Source: an uncultured Gammaproteobacteria bacterium
GTDB taxonomy: Bacteria > Patescibacteriota > Microgenomatia > UBA8517
Direction: 5' to 3'
DNA length: 64,000 bases
Assembly (NCBI GenBank): GCA_964600575.1
Contig: CAZRJH010000002.1
Location: 53,627-117,626 of the forward strand
Every line of letters begins with the position of its first letter. The first letter of the stretch is position 1. A program made the position numbers and the translations under genes. This document shows positions 8,921 through 17,089 of the stretch, piece by piece. The notes below the pieces were generated by a model. That model did no database searches. It saw nothing but the letters and a program-made list of their open reading frames with translations, and was not told the DNA's origin.

Positions 8921-9331
8921 TTAGTCTTCTCTTGTTACAATCTTTACGTCTATGGGCAACTTTGCTGATGCTCTTTTGAAAGCTGTTCTGACAATTTCTT
9001 CTGCTGCTCCTGCTACTTCGAAAAGAATCATTCCAGGTTTAACAACTGCAACATAAGTTGAAATATCTCCCTTTCCTCCACCCATTCTTTTTCCTGCCGG
9101 CCTGCTTGTGATGGGCTTGTCCGGAAAAATTCTAATCCAAACACGGCCACCTCTTTTAAGGTTGTGGGTTATGCTTCTTCTGGCTGCTTCTATTTGGGCC
9201 GATGTTATCCAAGAAACCTCCTGTGCCTTTAGTGCAAACTCGCCAAAAGCCATTTTGGCACCTCGGGTTGCAAGACCTCGCCTTCGACCTCTAAATTCTT
9301 TAACAAATTTTCTTCTTTTTGGTTGCATCAT
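8921..9331 (-). CDS. rplP: 50S ribosomal protein L16
   Basis: 136 aa, L16 (MMQPKRRKFVKEFRGRRRG…). Confidence 0.9.
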   Translation of the reverse strand: MMQPKRRKFVKEFRGRRRGLATRGAKMAFGEFALKAQEVSWITSAQIEAARRSITHNLKRGGRVWIRIFPDKPITSRPAGKRMGGGKGDISTYVAVVKPGMILFEVAGAAEEIVRTAFKRASAKLPIDVKIVTRED

Positions 9332-9336
9332 AATTA

Positions 9337-9993
9337 TTAGTTATTTTCTTGTTTTTTATGAATCCAAACTTTTACTCCTACGTAACCTCTCTTTAAAGAG
9401 GCGGGCATTTGTGCATAGTCAACTGTTTCTCTAAGTGTTTGCGTTGGGACTGATCCTACATGAAACTTTTCGACTCTGCTGATTTCCGCTCCGTTAATAC
9501 GACCTGCCAAAACAACCTTGGCACCTAAAGCTCCCGCAGACATGACTCTTTCCAAAGCCTTCTGAACCGCGCGTCTGTGGGGTATTCTTCTCTCCATTTC
9601 CCCTACAATTCTGCCGGCCACCAAATGTGCAGACAATTCGGCATTTTTGACTTCGTTAATCCTTATATCTATTTTGAGATCCTTAACTTTCTTATTTCTG
9701 ACTTCGTTGATTATAGACATTACAAATTTTTTGACGTCTTCTATCCCCGTTCCTCCGCGGCCGATAACTACACCCGGCCTACTTACGGTTATTCCGATAA
9801 CCATACTTTTGGGCAATCTTTCGATTTCTACTGTTGTTACCCCCGCAAGTTTGAGTCTATCCATTAGACCCTTGCGGATTTTGATATCCTCCACCAAAAA
9901 GTCTTTTAGACTTTTGTTATCGGCAAACCACCTTGATTTCCAAGGAAGGAAACTACCGATTCTTATACCGATTGGATTAACCTTTTGTCCCAT
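9337..9993 (-). CDS. rpsC: 30S ribosomal protein S3
   Basis: 218 aa, S3 with a KH domain (MGQKVNPIGIRIG…). Confidence 0.9.
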   Translation of the reverse strand: MGQKVNPIGIRIGSFLPWKSRWFADNKSLKDFLVEDIKIRKGLMDRLKLAGVTTVEIERLPKSMVIGITVSRPGVVIGRGGTGIEDVKKFVMSIINEVRNKKVKDLKIDIRINEVKNAELSAHLVAGRIVGEMERRIPHRRAVQKALERVMSAGALGAKVVLAGRINGAEISRVEKFHVGSVPTQTLRETVDYAQMPASLKRGYVGVKVWIHKKQENN

Positions 9994-10444
9994 TTTTCTT
10001 TTCAGCCTTTTTGGCTACAACTTTTTTAACTGTTTCTTTAACAACTTCTGCTTTAACTTCTTTTTTATCTTCCGTCTTTGCAACTTCGGCTTCGGCTAAC
10101 TTTACAGTCTTTCCGCTCACAAGAACCACTCTGATGTGCGACATTCTGTGTTTAAACGGGTGCCACCTACCCCGACTTGCCGCTCTTCCTCTTTTTAATC
10201 TGGGTCCTTCGCCAACCTGGATTTCCTTAAAAATCAAATCTACATCACTTGCACCTTGGTTTCTGGCATTTGCCAAAGCACTTTTGATAACTTTTGCTAC
10301 TGCTTCTCCTGCTCTTTTTTGAACAAAAGGAAGCTTTTCTACTGCATCAACAGGTTTCATTTTTTTAATAAGATCAGTAACTAATCTGATTTTTCTCGGA
10401 CTCATAATCAAATATTTTTGAGTTGATGTGTATGTTTTTTCCAT
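9977..10444 (-). CDS. rplV: 50S ribosomal protein L22 (Lys-rich C-terminal extension)
   Basis: 155 aa. …SPRKIRLVTDLIKKMKPVDAVEKL… matches the L22 N-terminus, and there is a K/E-rich tail. Confidence 0.85.
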   Translation of the reverse strand: MEKTYTSTQKYLIMSPRKIRLVTDLIKKMKPVDAVEKLPFVQKRAGEAVAKVIKSALANARNQGASDVDLIFKEIQVGEGPRLKRGRAASRGRWHPFKHRMSHIRVVLVSGKTVKLAEAEVAKTEDKKEVKAEVVKETVKKVVAKKAEKKNGTKG

Positions 10445-10479
10445 ATTTTTAAGTTTTTACGTCCGTAGGACGAAGACGT

Positions 10480-10761
10480 TTACGTCTTATCCATTGTTCT
10501 CTTAACGATCTCTCCATGGCCTCTGAATGTTCTTGTAGGTGAAAATTCACCAAGCCTGTGACCAACCATATCTTCGGTAACAAAAACATCTATAAAGACT
10601 CTGCCGTTGTGAACTTGGAAATATTTGCCTACAAAGTCAGGGGCTATCTGGCATCTTCGGGACCACGTTTTGATAGGAGACTCTTTTGTCCCCATTCCTT
10701 TTTCTAACTTTTTGACTAGTATCGGGTCTACATATGGACCCTTTTTAGAACTTCGTGACAT
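10480..10761 (-). CDS. rpsS: 30S ribosomal protein S19
   Basis: 93 aa, S19 ([15 protein letters not shown]…HNGR…). Confidence 0.9.
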   Translation of the reverse strand: MSRSSKKGPYVDPILVKKLEKGMGTKESPIKTWSRRCQIAPDFVGKYFQVHNGRVFIDVFVTEDMVGHRLGEFSPTRTFRGHGEIVKRTMDKT

Positions 10762-10767
10762 ATTTTA

Positions 10768-11520
10768 TTAACCCAGTAAGGCTTTGCCTCCTTTTCTTTG
10801 AACTATCAGTCTATCAGAGTATTTTCTTTTTAGCCTTGTTTTTCCTACTGCACTTCTACCATAGAAAGTTTTGGGACGTTTTAAACCTATACCACTTCTT
10901 CCCTCTCCTCCTCCGTGAGGATGTGCGTTAGGATGCATTGCAACTCCACGAACGGAAGGGCGAACTCCCATATGCCTTACTCTTCCGGCTTTGCCCATTA
11001 TCTCGTTTTTGGCATCTACATTACCAACCTGGCCGATAGTTGCGAGGCATTCCGGATCGAATCTCCTGATTTCTCCCGAAGGAAGTTTAACCAATATCCA
11101 AGCTTCTTCTCTCCCGAAAATTATAGCTGCGCTTCCCGCGCCTTTGACCATTTGTCCACCTTTGCCTTTGGTTATTTCGATATTATGAACTTGTGCACCT
11201 ACCGGAATCGACTTCAAAGGAAGGGTATTTCCAGGCTCTATTGGGGCTGATTCGGAACTGATAACTTTCATTCCAGCTTTTAGCCCAACCGGAGACAAAA
11301 TATACCCTCTGATTCCGTTTTCGTAAAGAACTAAAGCAATTTCGGAATTTCTATTTGGATCGTACTCAATTTTTTCTACAACTCCCCAAACATCTTTATT
11401 ATCTCTTTTAAAGTCGATTGCCCTTAGAAATCTTTTGTTTCTTCCGCCTTGATGCCTAACGACGACCGTTCCAAATGCTCGACCTGATTTTTTAGGTAGT
11501 AATGATTTTAGTCTTTTCAT
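10768..11520 (-). CDS. rplB: 50S ribosomal protein L2
   Basis: 250 aa, L2 (…HPHGGGEGR…). Confidence 0.9.
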   Translation of the reverse strand: MKRLKSLLPKKSGRAFGTVVVRHQGGRNKRFLRAIDFKRDNKDVWGVVEKIEYDPNRNSEIALVLYENGIRGYILSPVGLKAGMKVISSESAPIEPGNTLPLKSIPVGAQVHNIEITKGKGGQMVKGAGSAAIIFGREEAWILVKLPSGEIRRFDPECLATIGQVGNVDAKNEIMGKAGRVRHMGVRPSVRGVAMHPNAHPHGGGEGRSGIGLKRPKTFYGRSAVGKTRLKRKYSDRLIVQRKGGKALLG

Positions 11521-11792
11521 TTCTTTGTTTCTTCAAAAATATCTATCTTTTCGTTATCTTTGAGTGTCACGACTGCCTTTTTGGAAGGAAGAATATTAAT
11601 TTTCTTTCCGCGCACACTTCTTTTAGCCTCCCCGGGAACAGTAATTGTCTTGATTGTTAAAACATGTACACCAAACATCTTGGCAATTTCTGCCTTGAGT
11701 GCGGGTTTTGCTGCATTTTTAGCTACCCAAAAAGTATATTTACCTTGTCGGGCCAGTGTTAAACTTTTTTCTGTAAATACGGGTTTGATCAT
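11517..11792 (-). CDS. rplW: 50S ribosomal protein L23
   Basis: 91 aa, L23 (MIKPVFTEKSLTLARQGKYTFWV…). Confidence 0.85.
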   Translation of the reverse strand: MIKPVFTEKSLTLARQGKYTFWVAKNAAKPALKAEIAKMFGVHVLTIKTITVPGEAKRSVRGKKINILPSKKAVVTLKDNEKIDIFEETKK

Positions 11793-11797
11793 GTTAG

Positions 11798-12451
11798 TTA
11801 TTTCTTTGCCTCAGCTTTTTTGGTTGTTTTTTCCGACTTTTTTTCTGTTTCAAAAATATCTGCATCCATTACAACCATTCCGCCGCGTGCTACATCGAAA
11901 GCATTTGCGTCTTTAAAAGAAACGGGGACAGCGTTGCCTAAATTTCTAATAAACTTTCTTGCCGCAATATTCTTGTCTGCAAGAAGAAAAGTGAACCTTT
12001 CGCTTTTGGTTTCTGCCGTGAGTTTTTTAAGAAATTCTCCTGCAACTTTTGTCTTATCTATTTTGGAAAGTCCTTCTACCGCAACCAAAGACTTTTCTCC
12101 TGCTTTATAAACAAAAGCTGTCATCTTTGCCAAGGATTTTAAGGCAGAGGTTAGATTTACTATTCTTCTTTCCGGTCTAGGACCAAAAGTAATTCCACCA
12201 CCTACGAACACATTGGCTCTTCTACTTCCATGCCTGGCTCCACCCGTTCCTTTTTGCTTGTAGATCTTTTTTGTAGTTCTATTTACCTCTGATCTTGTTT
12301 TTGTGTTCCTGAGACCCACATGAGATCTTTCCTCATAGACTCTGACTGCTTGCGCCAAAAGAGGAAGGTTGAGCTTGACATCAAATTCCTTAGGAAGTGT
12401 TGTCTCGCCCTTTTTTTCTCCTTTAAGTGTGTATATATTAATTTTTAACAT
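11798..12451 (-). CDS. rplD: 50S ribosomal protein L4
   Basis: 217 aa, L4 family. Confidence 0.9.
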   Translation of the reverse strand: MLKINIYTLKGEKKGETTLPKEFDVKLNLPLLAQAVRVYEERSHVGLRNTKTRSEVNRTTKKIYKQKGTGGARHGSRRANVFVGGGITFGPRPERRIVNLTSALKSLAKMTAFVYKAGEKSLVAVEGLSKIDKTKVAGEFLKKLTAETKSERFTFLLADKNIAARKFIRNLGNAVPVSFKDANAFDVARGGMVVMDADIFETEKKSEKTTKKAEAKK

Positions 12452-12456
12452 TCTAA

Positions 12457-13182
12457 TTATTCCGTTTTAGGAGCGGATCCTGCTGTTTTTGCTCCTTCGC
12501 CTTCGGTAACTTGCGCAACTGTTTCGTGTTCCAAATCTTTAAGGCTTCCTGCTTTGATTTTTTTAATAGAAAGAAGTGTTCCGGTACTTCCGGGCACCTG
12601 ACCAGAAATTTCTACCTCGCCTGAATCCGCATTAACGGAAACTACATGCAAGTTTTTGACTGTAACCTGATCTCCACCCATTCTTCCTGCCATTCTTTTA
12701 CCTCTGTAAACTCTACCAGGAGTAGTGGTTTGTCCGATTGAACCCGGAGCACGCTCTCTATCGGATTGTCCGTGTGTTCTTGGACCACCTCTAAACCCGT
12801 GCTTTTTGACAACTCCAGCGAAACCTTTGCCCTTAGAAACTCCTGTAACCGCTACAACATCCCCAGGAGAAAAAATATCGGCGACCTTTATAGTGTCGCC
12901 TACTTTAAACTCCGGTTCGCTGTCTAATCTAATTTCTCTGAGATGTCTTGGGAAGGAATTTTCTTTTGAACTTGATTTGAGGTGTCCTTGGAGTGCTTTG
13001 GAGGTTACTTTTGTGCGTCTTGTACCAAATCCGATTTGTACTGCCCAGTAACCGTCTTTGTCCATCTTCTTAATTTGGGTCACGGTACAGGGGCCCGCTA
13101 TTACCTTGGTAACGGGAATTCTAAAACCTTCTATAAAGGTCTGACTATTTTTCAGCTTTGAACCTAATATTGTATTAATCAT
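12457..13182 (-). CDS. rplC: 50S ribosomal protein L3
   Basis: 241 aa, L3 (…GFAGVVKKHGFRGGPRTHGQSDRERAPGSIG…) with a C-terminal extension. Confidence 0.9.
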   Translation of the reverse strand: MINTILGSKLKNSQTFIEGFRIPVTKVIAGPCTVTQIKKMDKDGYWAVQIGFGTRRTKVTSKALQGHLKSSSKENSFPRHLREIRLDSEPEFKVGDTIKVADIFSPGDVVAVTGVSKGKGFAGVVKKHGFRGGPRTHGQSDRERAPGSIGQTTTPGRVYRGKRMAGRMGGDQVTVKNLHVVSVNADSGEVEISGQVPGSTGTLLSIKKIKAGSLKDLEHETVAQVTEGEGAKTAGSAPKTE

Positions 13183-13229
13183 ATTTGTTTTGGACCCGTT
13201 CGACTCCTACGTCGCTCAGGGCATTAAAC

Positions 13230-13254
13230 AAAAAAAAGCGCCTCTCGCGGCGCC
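13230..13254 (-). terminator. Intrinsic-terminator-like hairpin in the rplC leader (possible attenuator)
   Basis: All-GC 5-bp stem GCGCC/GGCGC (13238-13242 and 13249-13253) with a 6-nt loop. It is followed on the minus strand by U8 (plus-strand A-run 13230-13237), 47 nt upstream of the rplC start. Confidence 0.35.
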
Positions 13255-13322
13255 TATGAGGCACTGCCAAAGACTAGCTTTGTGGTTGAGCAAAATTCAT
13301 AACCACCATATTGTTACTCGGA

Positions 13323-13351
13323 ATTATATCAGATAGGGCCCTGCCCCGCAA
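13323..13351 (-). promoter_or_regulatory. Putative sigma70-type promoter facing rplC (TTGCGG-17-TATAAT)
   Basis: On the minus strand, -10 TATAAT sits at plus 13323-13328 and -35 TTGCGG at 13346-13351, with a 17-nt spacer. The predicted transcript would traverse the 13230-13254 hairpin. Confidence 0.25.
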
Positions 13352-13368
13352 GCACGGGGGAAGGGAAC

Positions 13369-13400
13369 AAAAAAGGCCCAAACCTAGAAAGATTTGGGCC
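13369..13400 (-). terminator. Rho-independent terminator after the 123-aa ORF
   Basis: 8-bp stem GGCCCAAA/TTTGGGCC (13375-13382 and 13393-13400) with a 10-nt loop, followed on the minus strand by UUUUUUGUU (plus A-run 13369-13374). It lies 22 nt after the ORF stop at 13422. Confidence 0.55.
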
Positions 13401-13421
13401 GAAGGCCTGTTGATTTATTGC

Positions 13422-13793
13422 TTAGCTTTTCAAGATGACCTTGACGCGCCGCCAGGTGAGCAAGATCGGGTTTTCTTTCTGGAAAGCGATCTTTCCATAA
13501 ACCGACTCGAAGGCGTCACGGATCAGTGGTGAAAGCTCATCCCAGCTGTGAGTGGCGAGTTTGTAAACCCGTAATTCACCTTTTGAGATTCGAACGCTAT
13601 TCACGCCGTGGATGCCCATGACCAGAACAGCGAGTTGTGAGCCTTTCTCACCAACCTCTTTTTGCTCTTTCTCGTCCAACGGGGCAGTGCGAACATAACT
13701 CCCGTGCGAGAGATCAAAATCCGTCAAAAACTGTTTTCCGGGATTGAGGTCGGAAAGTTCCCATTCATTTACGCGTGGTAAACCGTTTGTCAT
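13422..13793 (-). CDS. Hypothetical protein (123 aa), compositionally foreign
   Basis: The ORF is intact and its GC is visibly higher (~50%) than the ~40% host background. It has its own strong terminator and no recognisable motif. Confidence 0.45.
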   Translation of the reverse strand: MTNGLPRVNEWELSDLNPGKQFLTDFDLSHGSYVRTAPLDEKEQKEVGEKGSQLAVLVMGIHGVNSVRISKGELRVYKLATHSWDELSPLIRDAFESVYGKIAFQKENPILLTWRRVKVILKS

Positions 13794-13840
13794 TCTTGCC
13801 TCTTTTCGTTAATTCATTAATTAGATTCTACCGAACGAGG

Positions 13841-13890
13841 TTGTTGGTAGTTTTCCAACCATTGTTTCTTGGTCAGAAAACTACCAACAA
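13841..13890. repeat. Perfect 15-bp inverted repeat TTGTTGGTAGTTTTC-N20-GAAAACTACCAACAA
   Basis: The two arms (13841-13855 and 13876-13890) are exact reverse complements. The repeat lies 48-97 nt upstream (minus sense) of the 123-aa ORF start, and no U-tract follows it on either strand. Confidence 0.6.
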
Positions 13891-13968
13891 AGCATTTAAA
13901 GTACTAAACAACCTTACGAGAAGGTATTTTAACACAATTTGTTGTCGATATCAAACTATAGGTTTATG

Positions 13969-13977
13969 TGTTACAAT
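13969..13977 (+). promoter_or_regulatory. Extended -10 element TGtTACAAT on the plus strand
   Basis: TGnTACAAT at 13969-13977, about 5 nt upstream of an ATG at 13983. It may drive a leaderless small ORF convergent on the 142-aa gene. Confidence 0.2.
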
Positions 13978-13982
13978 CACCC

Positions 13983-14159
13983 ATGACCGTAGAAAGAATT
14001 TATATAGTTACCAGGAAAAATACTGCGGGGGTGGAAGAGATCATTCAGATACCCGAAAGCCAAATGGCAGCCTACAGGGCTAGTCTGGTAGAAAAAATTG
14101 AAACTGACAGACAAGCTGACTCTGAGGCCAAAACAGTACCACCAGCCGAAATAGTATAA
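13983..14159 (+). CDS. Possible small protein (58 aa from the internal Met; the track ORF starts at GTG 13968)
   Basis: MTVERIYIVTRKNTAGVEEIIQIPESQMAAYRASLVEKIE…. It is convergent with and abuts the 142-aa ORF, and could be spurious. Confidence 0.15.
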   Translation: MTVERIYIVTRKNTAGVEEIIQIPESQMAAYRASLVEKIETDRQADSEAKTVPPAEIV

Positions 14160-14162
14160 AAA

Positions 14163-14591
14163 CTAGCGTATTTTTACGCCCGAAGTGTCAATATCGGCAA
14201 TAGTAAAGCTAAACAACCTGGTCATATTCTTATCCGCAACCAAGAAACTTCCCCTACCCGACAAAATGTCCAAGTGAGTTCTTTCCTCGGTATTAATACT
14301 TCCGCCAACACTAGTGGTTGCATATTTAGCACCTTCTACTTTGCTTAGATGCCTGGCGGCCTTAAGGACGAGAACAGGATCTTCCGTTTCTATACGGAGA
14401 GTAGTTAGGGGTAGTTTAACAATCCAATTCATTTCCAAGGCAGTCTTAATTGCTTTCTCTGTTTGTTTTCCGTATTCAGTAGCATCCGCATCACGATTTT
14501 CGCTTGCAGCTTTTTGCCAATTTTCCAATGAAGAAACTAATTCTACTTCAAGTTTGTCTATATCTACTTCACTTTTTGTAGTCTCTGTCAT
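14163..14591 (-). CDS. Hypothetical protein (142 aa) translationally coupled to rpsJ
   Basis: Its ATG lies 3 nt after the S10 stop codon (TAA-agt-ATG) and its GC is host-like. Weak nucleotidyltransferase-like motif VGGSx9DIL with the second acidic residue missing; no confident family assignment. Confidence 0.5.
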   Translation of the reverse strand: MTETTKSEVDIDKLEVELVSSLENWQKAASENRDADATEYGKQTEKAIKTALEMNWIVKLPLTTLRIETEDPVLVLKAARHLSKVEGAKYATTSVGGSINTEERTHLDILSGRGSFLVADKNMTRLFSFTIADIDTSGVKIR

Positions 14592-14594
14592 ACT

Positions 14595-14900
14595 TTACAT
14601 CTTAATCTCGATAGAAACTCCCGCGGGGAGATCCAGATTGCCCAAAGAATCTACAGTTCTTGGGGTTGGGTCAATAATATCTATAAGTCTTTTGTGCGTT
14701 AGAACTTCAAAATGTTCTTGGGCATCTTTGTCCGTAAAAGGAGATTCTTTGATTGCCATTACGGAGCGGTTTGTGGGAAGAGGAATAGGACCGACAATTT
14801 TTGCACCTGAAGATAGCGCGGTATCTATAATTTTACCGGCTGCCTCATCTAAGACCCTGTGGTCATAACTTTTAAGTTTGACTCTTAGTCTAATTGCCAT
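14595..14900 (-). CDS. rpsJ: 30S ribosomal protein S10
   Basis: 101 aa, S10 ([24 protein letters not shown]…). Confidence 0.9.
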   Translation of the reverse strand: MAIRLRVKLKSYDHRVLDEAAGKIIDTALSSGAKIVGPIPLPTNRSVMAIKESPFTDKDAQEHFEVLTHKRLIDIIDPTPRTVDSLGNLDLPAGVSIEIKM

Positions 14901-14939
14901 ATTCCTATGAAAGAGCTAGAAGCGTAAAGCTTTTAGCGG

Positions 14940-16130
14940 TTATACAAGTACCTTGGTGATAACTCCTGCACCTACTGTGTGTCCGCCTTCTCTGATTGCA
15001 AATCTAAGACCCTCCTCGAGCGCTACCGGTTGAATAAGTTTAACTTTCATTTTTGCGTTGTCTCCAGGCATAACCATTTCGATTCCTTCTGGTAGAGTTG
15101 CTTCTCCTGTTACATCTGCAGTTCTAATATAGAACTGGGGTTTGTAACCTGTGAAGAAAGGTGTGTGTCTTCCACCTTCTTCTTTGGAAAGAATATAAAC
15201 TTCTGCTTCGAATTCTGTGTGAGGGGTAACGCTGCCTGATTTAGCAAGAACTTGACCTCTTTCGACTTGATCTTTTTCGACACCTCTAAGAAGAACTCCT
15301 ACGTTATCTCCTGCCATAGCTTCATCAAGTGTCTTTCTAAACATTTCAAGACCTGTGACTATAGATTTTGCTGTGTCTTTAATACCGACAATTTCGATTT
15401 CTTCGTTAACTTTGATAACTCCGCGCTCTACTCTACCTGTGACTACTGTTCCGCGTCCAGAAATTGTGAATACGTCTTCGACAGGCATTAAGAAAGGTTT
15501 GTCTGTTTGTCTTACGGGATCGGGAATGTAGTTATCAACTGCATCCATAAGTTCTGTAATTTTCTTTTCTGCTTCTGCGTCACCTTCTACAGCTTTTAGA
15601 GCGGATCCTCTGATTACAGGAACTTCGTCTCCCGGATATTCATATTTCTTAAGAAGTTCTCTTACATCTGCTTCGACCAAATCAATGATTTCGGGGTCAT
15701 CTACCGTGTCACATTTGTTGAGGAAAACTACGAGTGCAGGAACATTAACTTGTCTTGCCAAAATAACGTGCTCTCTAGTTTGAGGCATAGGTCCGTCTGC
15801 TGCGGAAACTACCAAAATAGCTCCGTCCATTTGAGCTGCACCGGTAATCATGTTCTTGATGTAGTCAGCATGACCAGGAGCATCGATGTGTGCATAATGT
15901 CTTTTTGCTGTTTGATATTCTTGATGAGAAAGATTAATTGTAACTCCTCTTTCTTTTTCTTCGGGAGCGGAATCGATGTCTTCGTATTTCTTAGCTGTGG
16001 CGAGTCCTTGCTTGGCAAGAACCATGGTAATTGCGGAGGTTAGAGTTGTCTTTCCGTGATCAACGTGACCAATAGTACCAATGTTTACATGGGGTTTGCT
16101 GCGATCAAATTTTTGTTTTGCGTCTGCCAT
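14940..16130 (-). CDS. tuf: Elongation factor Tu
   Basis: 396 aa with [10 protein letters not shown] and the DAPGHADY G-domain motifs. Confidence 0.95.
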   Translation of the reverse strand: MADAKQKFDRSKPHVNIGTIGHVDHGKTTLTSAITMVLAKQGLATAKKYEDIDSAPEEKERGVTINLSHQEYQTAKRHYAHIDAPGHADYIKNMITGAAQMDGAILVVSAADGPMPQTREHVILARQVNVPALVVFLNKCDTVDDPEIIDLVEADVRELLKKYEYPGDEVPVIRGSALKAVEGDAEAEKKITELMDAVDNYIPDPVRQTDKPFLMPVEDVFTISGRGTVVTGRVERGVIKVNEEIEIVGIKDTAKSIVTGLEMFRKTLDEAMAGDNVGVLLRGVEKDQVERGQVLAKSGSVTPHTEFEAEVYILSKEEGGRHTPFFTGYKPQFYIRTADVTGEATLPEGIEMVMPGDNAKMKVKLIQPVALEEGLRFAIREGGHTVGAGVITKVLV

Positions 16131-16153
16131 TTTATTAATTTTGCCGAAAGGCT

Positions 16154-16182
16154 AGTATAAATAACTGTCTTTCAAAAAACAA
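16154..16182 (-). promoter_or_regulatory. Putative promoter for tuf (TTGTTT-17-TATACT)
   Basis: On the minus strand, -35 TTGTTT (plus 16177-16182) and -10 TATACT (plus 16154-16159) with a 17-nt spacer. The -10 ends about 24 nt upstream of the tuf ATG. Confidence 0.35.
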
Positions 16183-16250
16183 GAGGCACATTCAGCCTCG
16201 ATTAGTTGTAATTATAATCGAGCCTATTTAAGGCTGTCAATAGGTATATT

Positions 16251-17048
16251 CTACTTTTTAGTCGAACTGGCTGAAAAATTCACGGCCGTAACAATTAAAG
16301 CCACTATTGTAAAAGTGAACGGGAAAGCTTTCCAACCAACATAAGTATTCAAAGCTTCTAGAATTAAAGGAAGTGTCATGGAAAAGACCGCAACTTTGTA
16401 GGACTCTTTGTAGGTTAGGCTTTTTTTAAGTACTTTTGCCAAAAGCAAAACCAAAAGTGCCAGGAAAAATCCGTACACTAGCCTGAAAGATTGCAGTATA
16501 TAAAGGGTTACCAAGGCAAACACCATTATTAACGGACCAAGATATGGTATCCAGGGAGAAATCTTTGAACCAAAACTGTTAACCAGCTCTTTGTTAATCG
16601 TCATATCTTTCATTTGATAGAAACTCTGGCTTTTAATGGCCCCTCCGCTTTCTTCGCTAAAAACCGAATCTTTAGTCACCCAAACCGGCACCCCGTATTT
16701 TTTGAACTGTTCTACTGAATACGGAGTCTTTGTATCTATAACTGCAAATTTATTATTTGTTTTATCCGCTAAGAAATATGGCTCTTTTACGTTTGTAGAC
16801 AAATTGCCCGACTTGAAAGTAAGTACGAGATTGTTGGGATATGTGTCTATAAGTTCAACAACCGTGGTTCTTATTTTTCCTGAAAATGCGAATAAAAATT
16901 CCGGCATACTTTTGCCAAACATCAGAAGTTCAACTAAAAGCAAAAGCAAGAAAAAATATCCCAAAACTGGGCCTATCGTCATCTTTGGAATCTGTGAATA
17001 AAAGGCCGGTGAATAAATGCTTGCAGCAATTTTCTTGAAGAAATTCAT
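16251..17048 (-). CDS. Hypothetical membrane protein (265 aa) inserted between fusA and tuf
   Basis: TM helices at the N- and C-termini with a large middle domain and no motif. It starts 41 nt after the fusA stop. Confidence 0.5.
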   Translation of the reverse strand: MNFFKKIAASIYSPAFYSQIPKMTIGPVLGYFFLLLLLVELLMFGKSMPEFLFAFSGKIRTTVVELIDTYPNNLVLTFKSGNLSTNVKEPYFLADKTNNKFAVIDTKTPYSVEQFKKYGVPVWVTKDSVFSEESGGAIKSQSFYQMKDMTINKELVNSFGSKISPWIPYLGPLIMVFALVTLYILQSFRLVYGFFLALLVLLLAKVLKKSLTYKESYKVAVFSMTLPLILEALNTYVGWKAFPFTFTIVALIVTAVNFSASSTKK

Positions 17049-17089
17049 ATATTTTTAAGTTAGCACCGTGGGGGTTTTAAGTCAACAGA

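Noticed and set aside
13311-13532. Plus-strand 73-aa ORF in the rpsJ-rplC insert
   Set aside because: It overlaps the minus-strand 123-aa ORF and the terminator hairpins. The minus-strand ORF is longer and has proper start and terminator context.
16197-16222. 8-bp hairpin CTCGATTA/TAATCGAG downstream of the 265-aa membrane ORF
   Set aside because: The U-tract on the minus strand is about 14 nt away from the stem, so it is not a convincing intrinsic terminator. It may be a weak or processed element.
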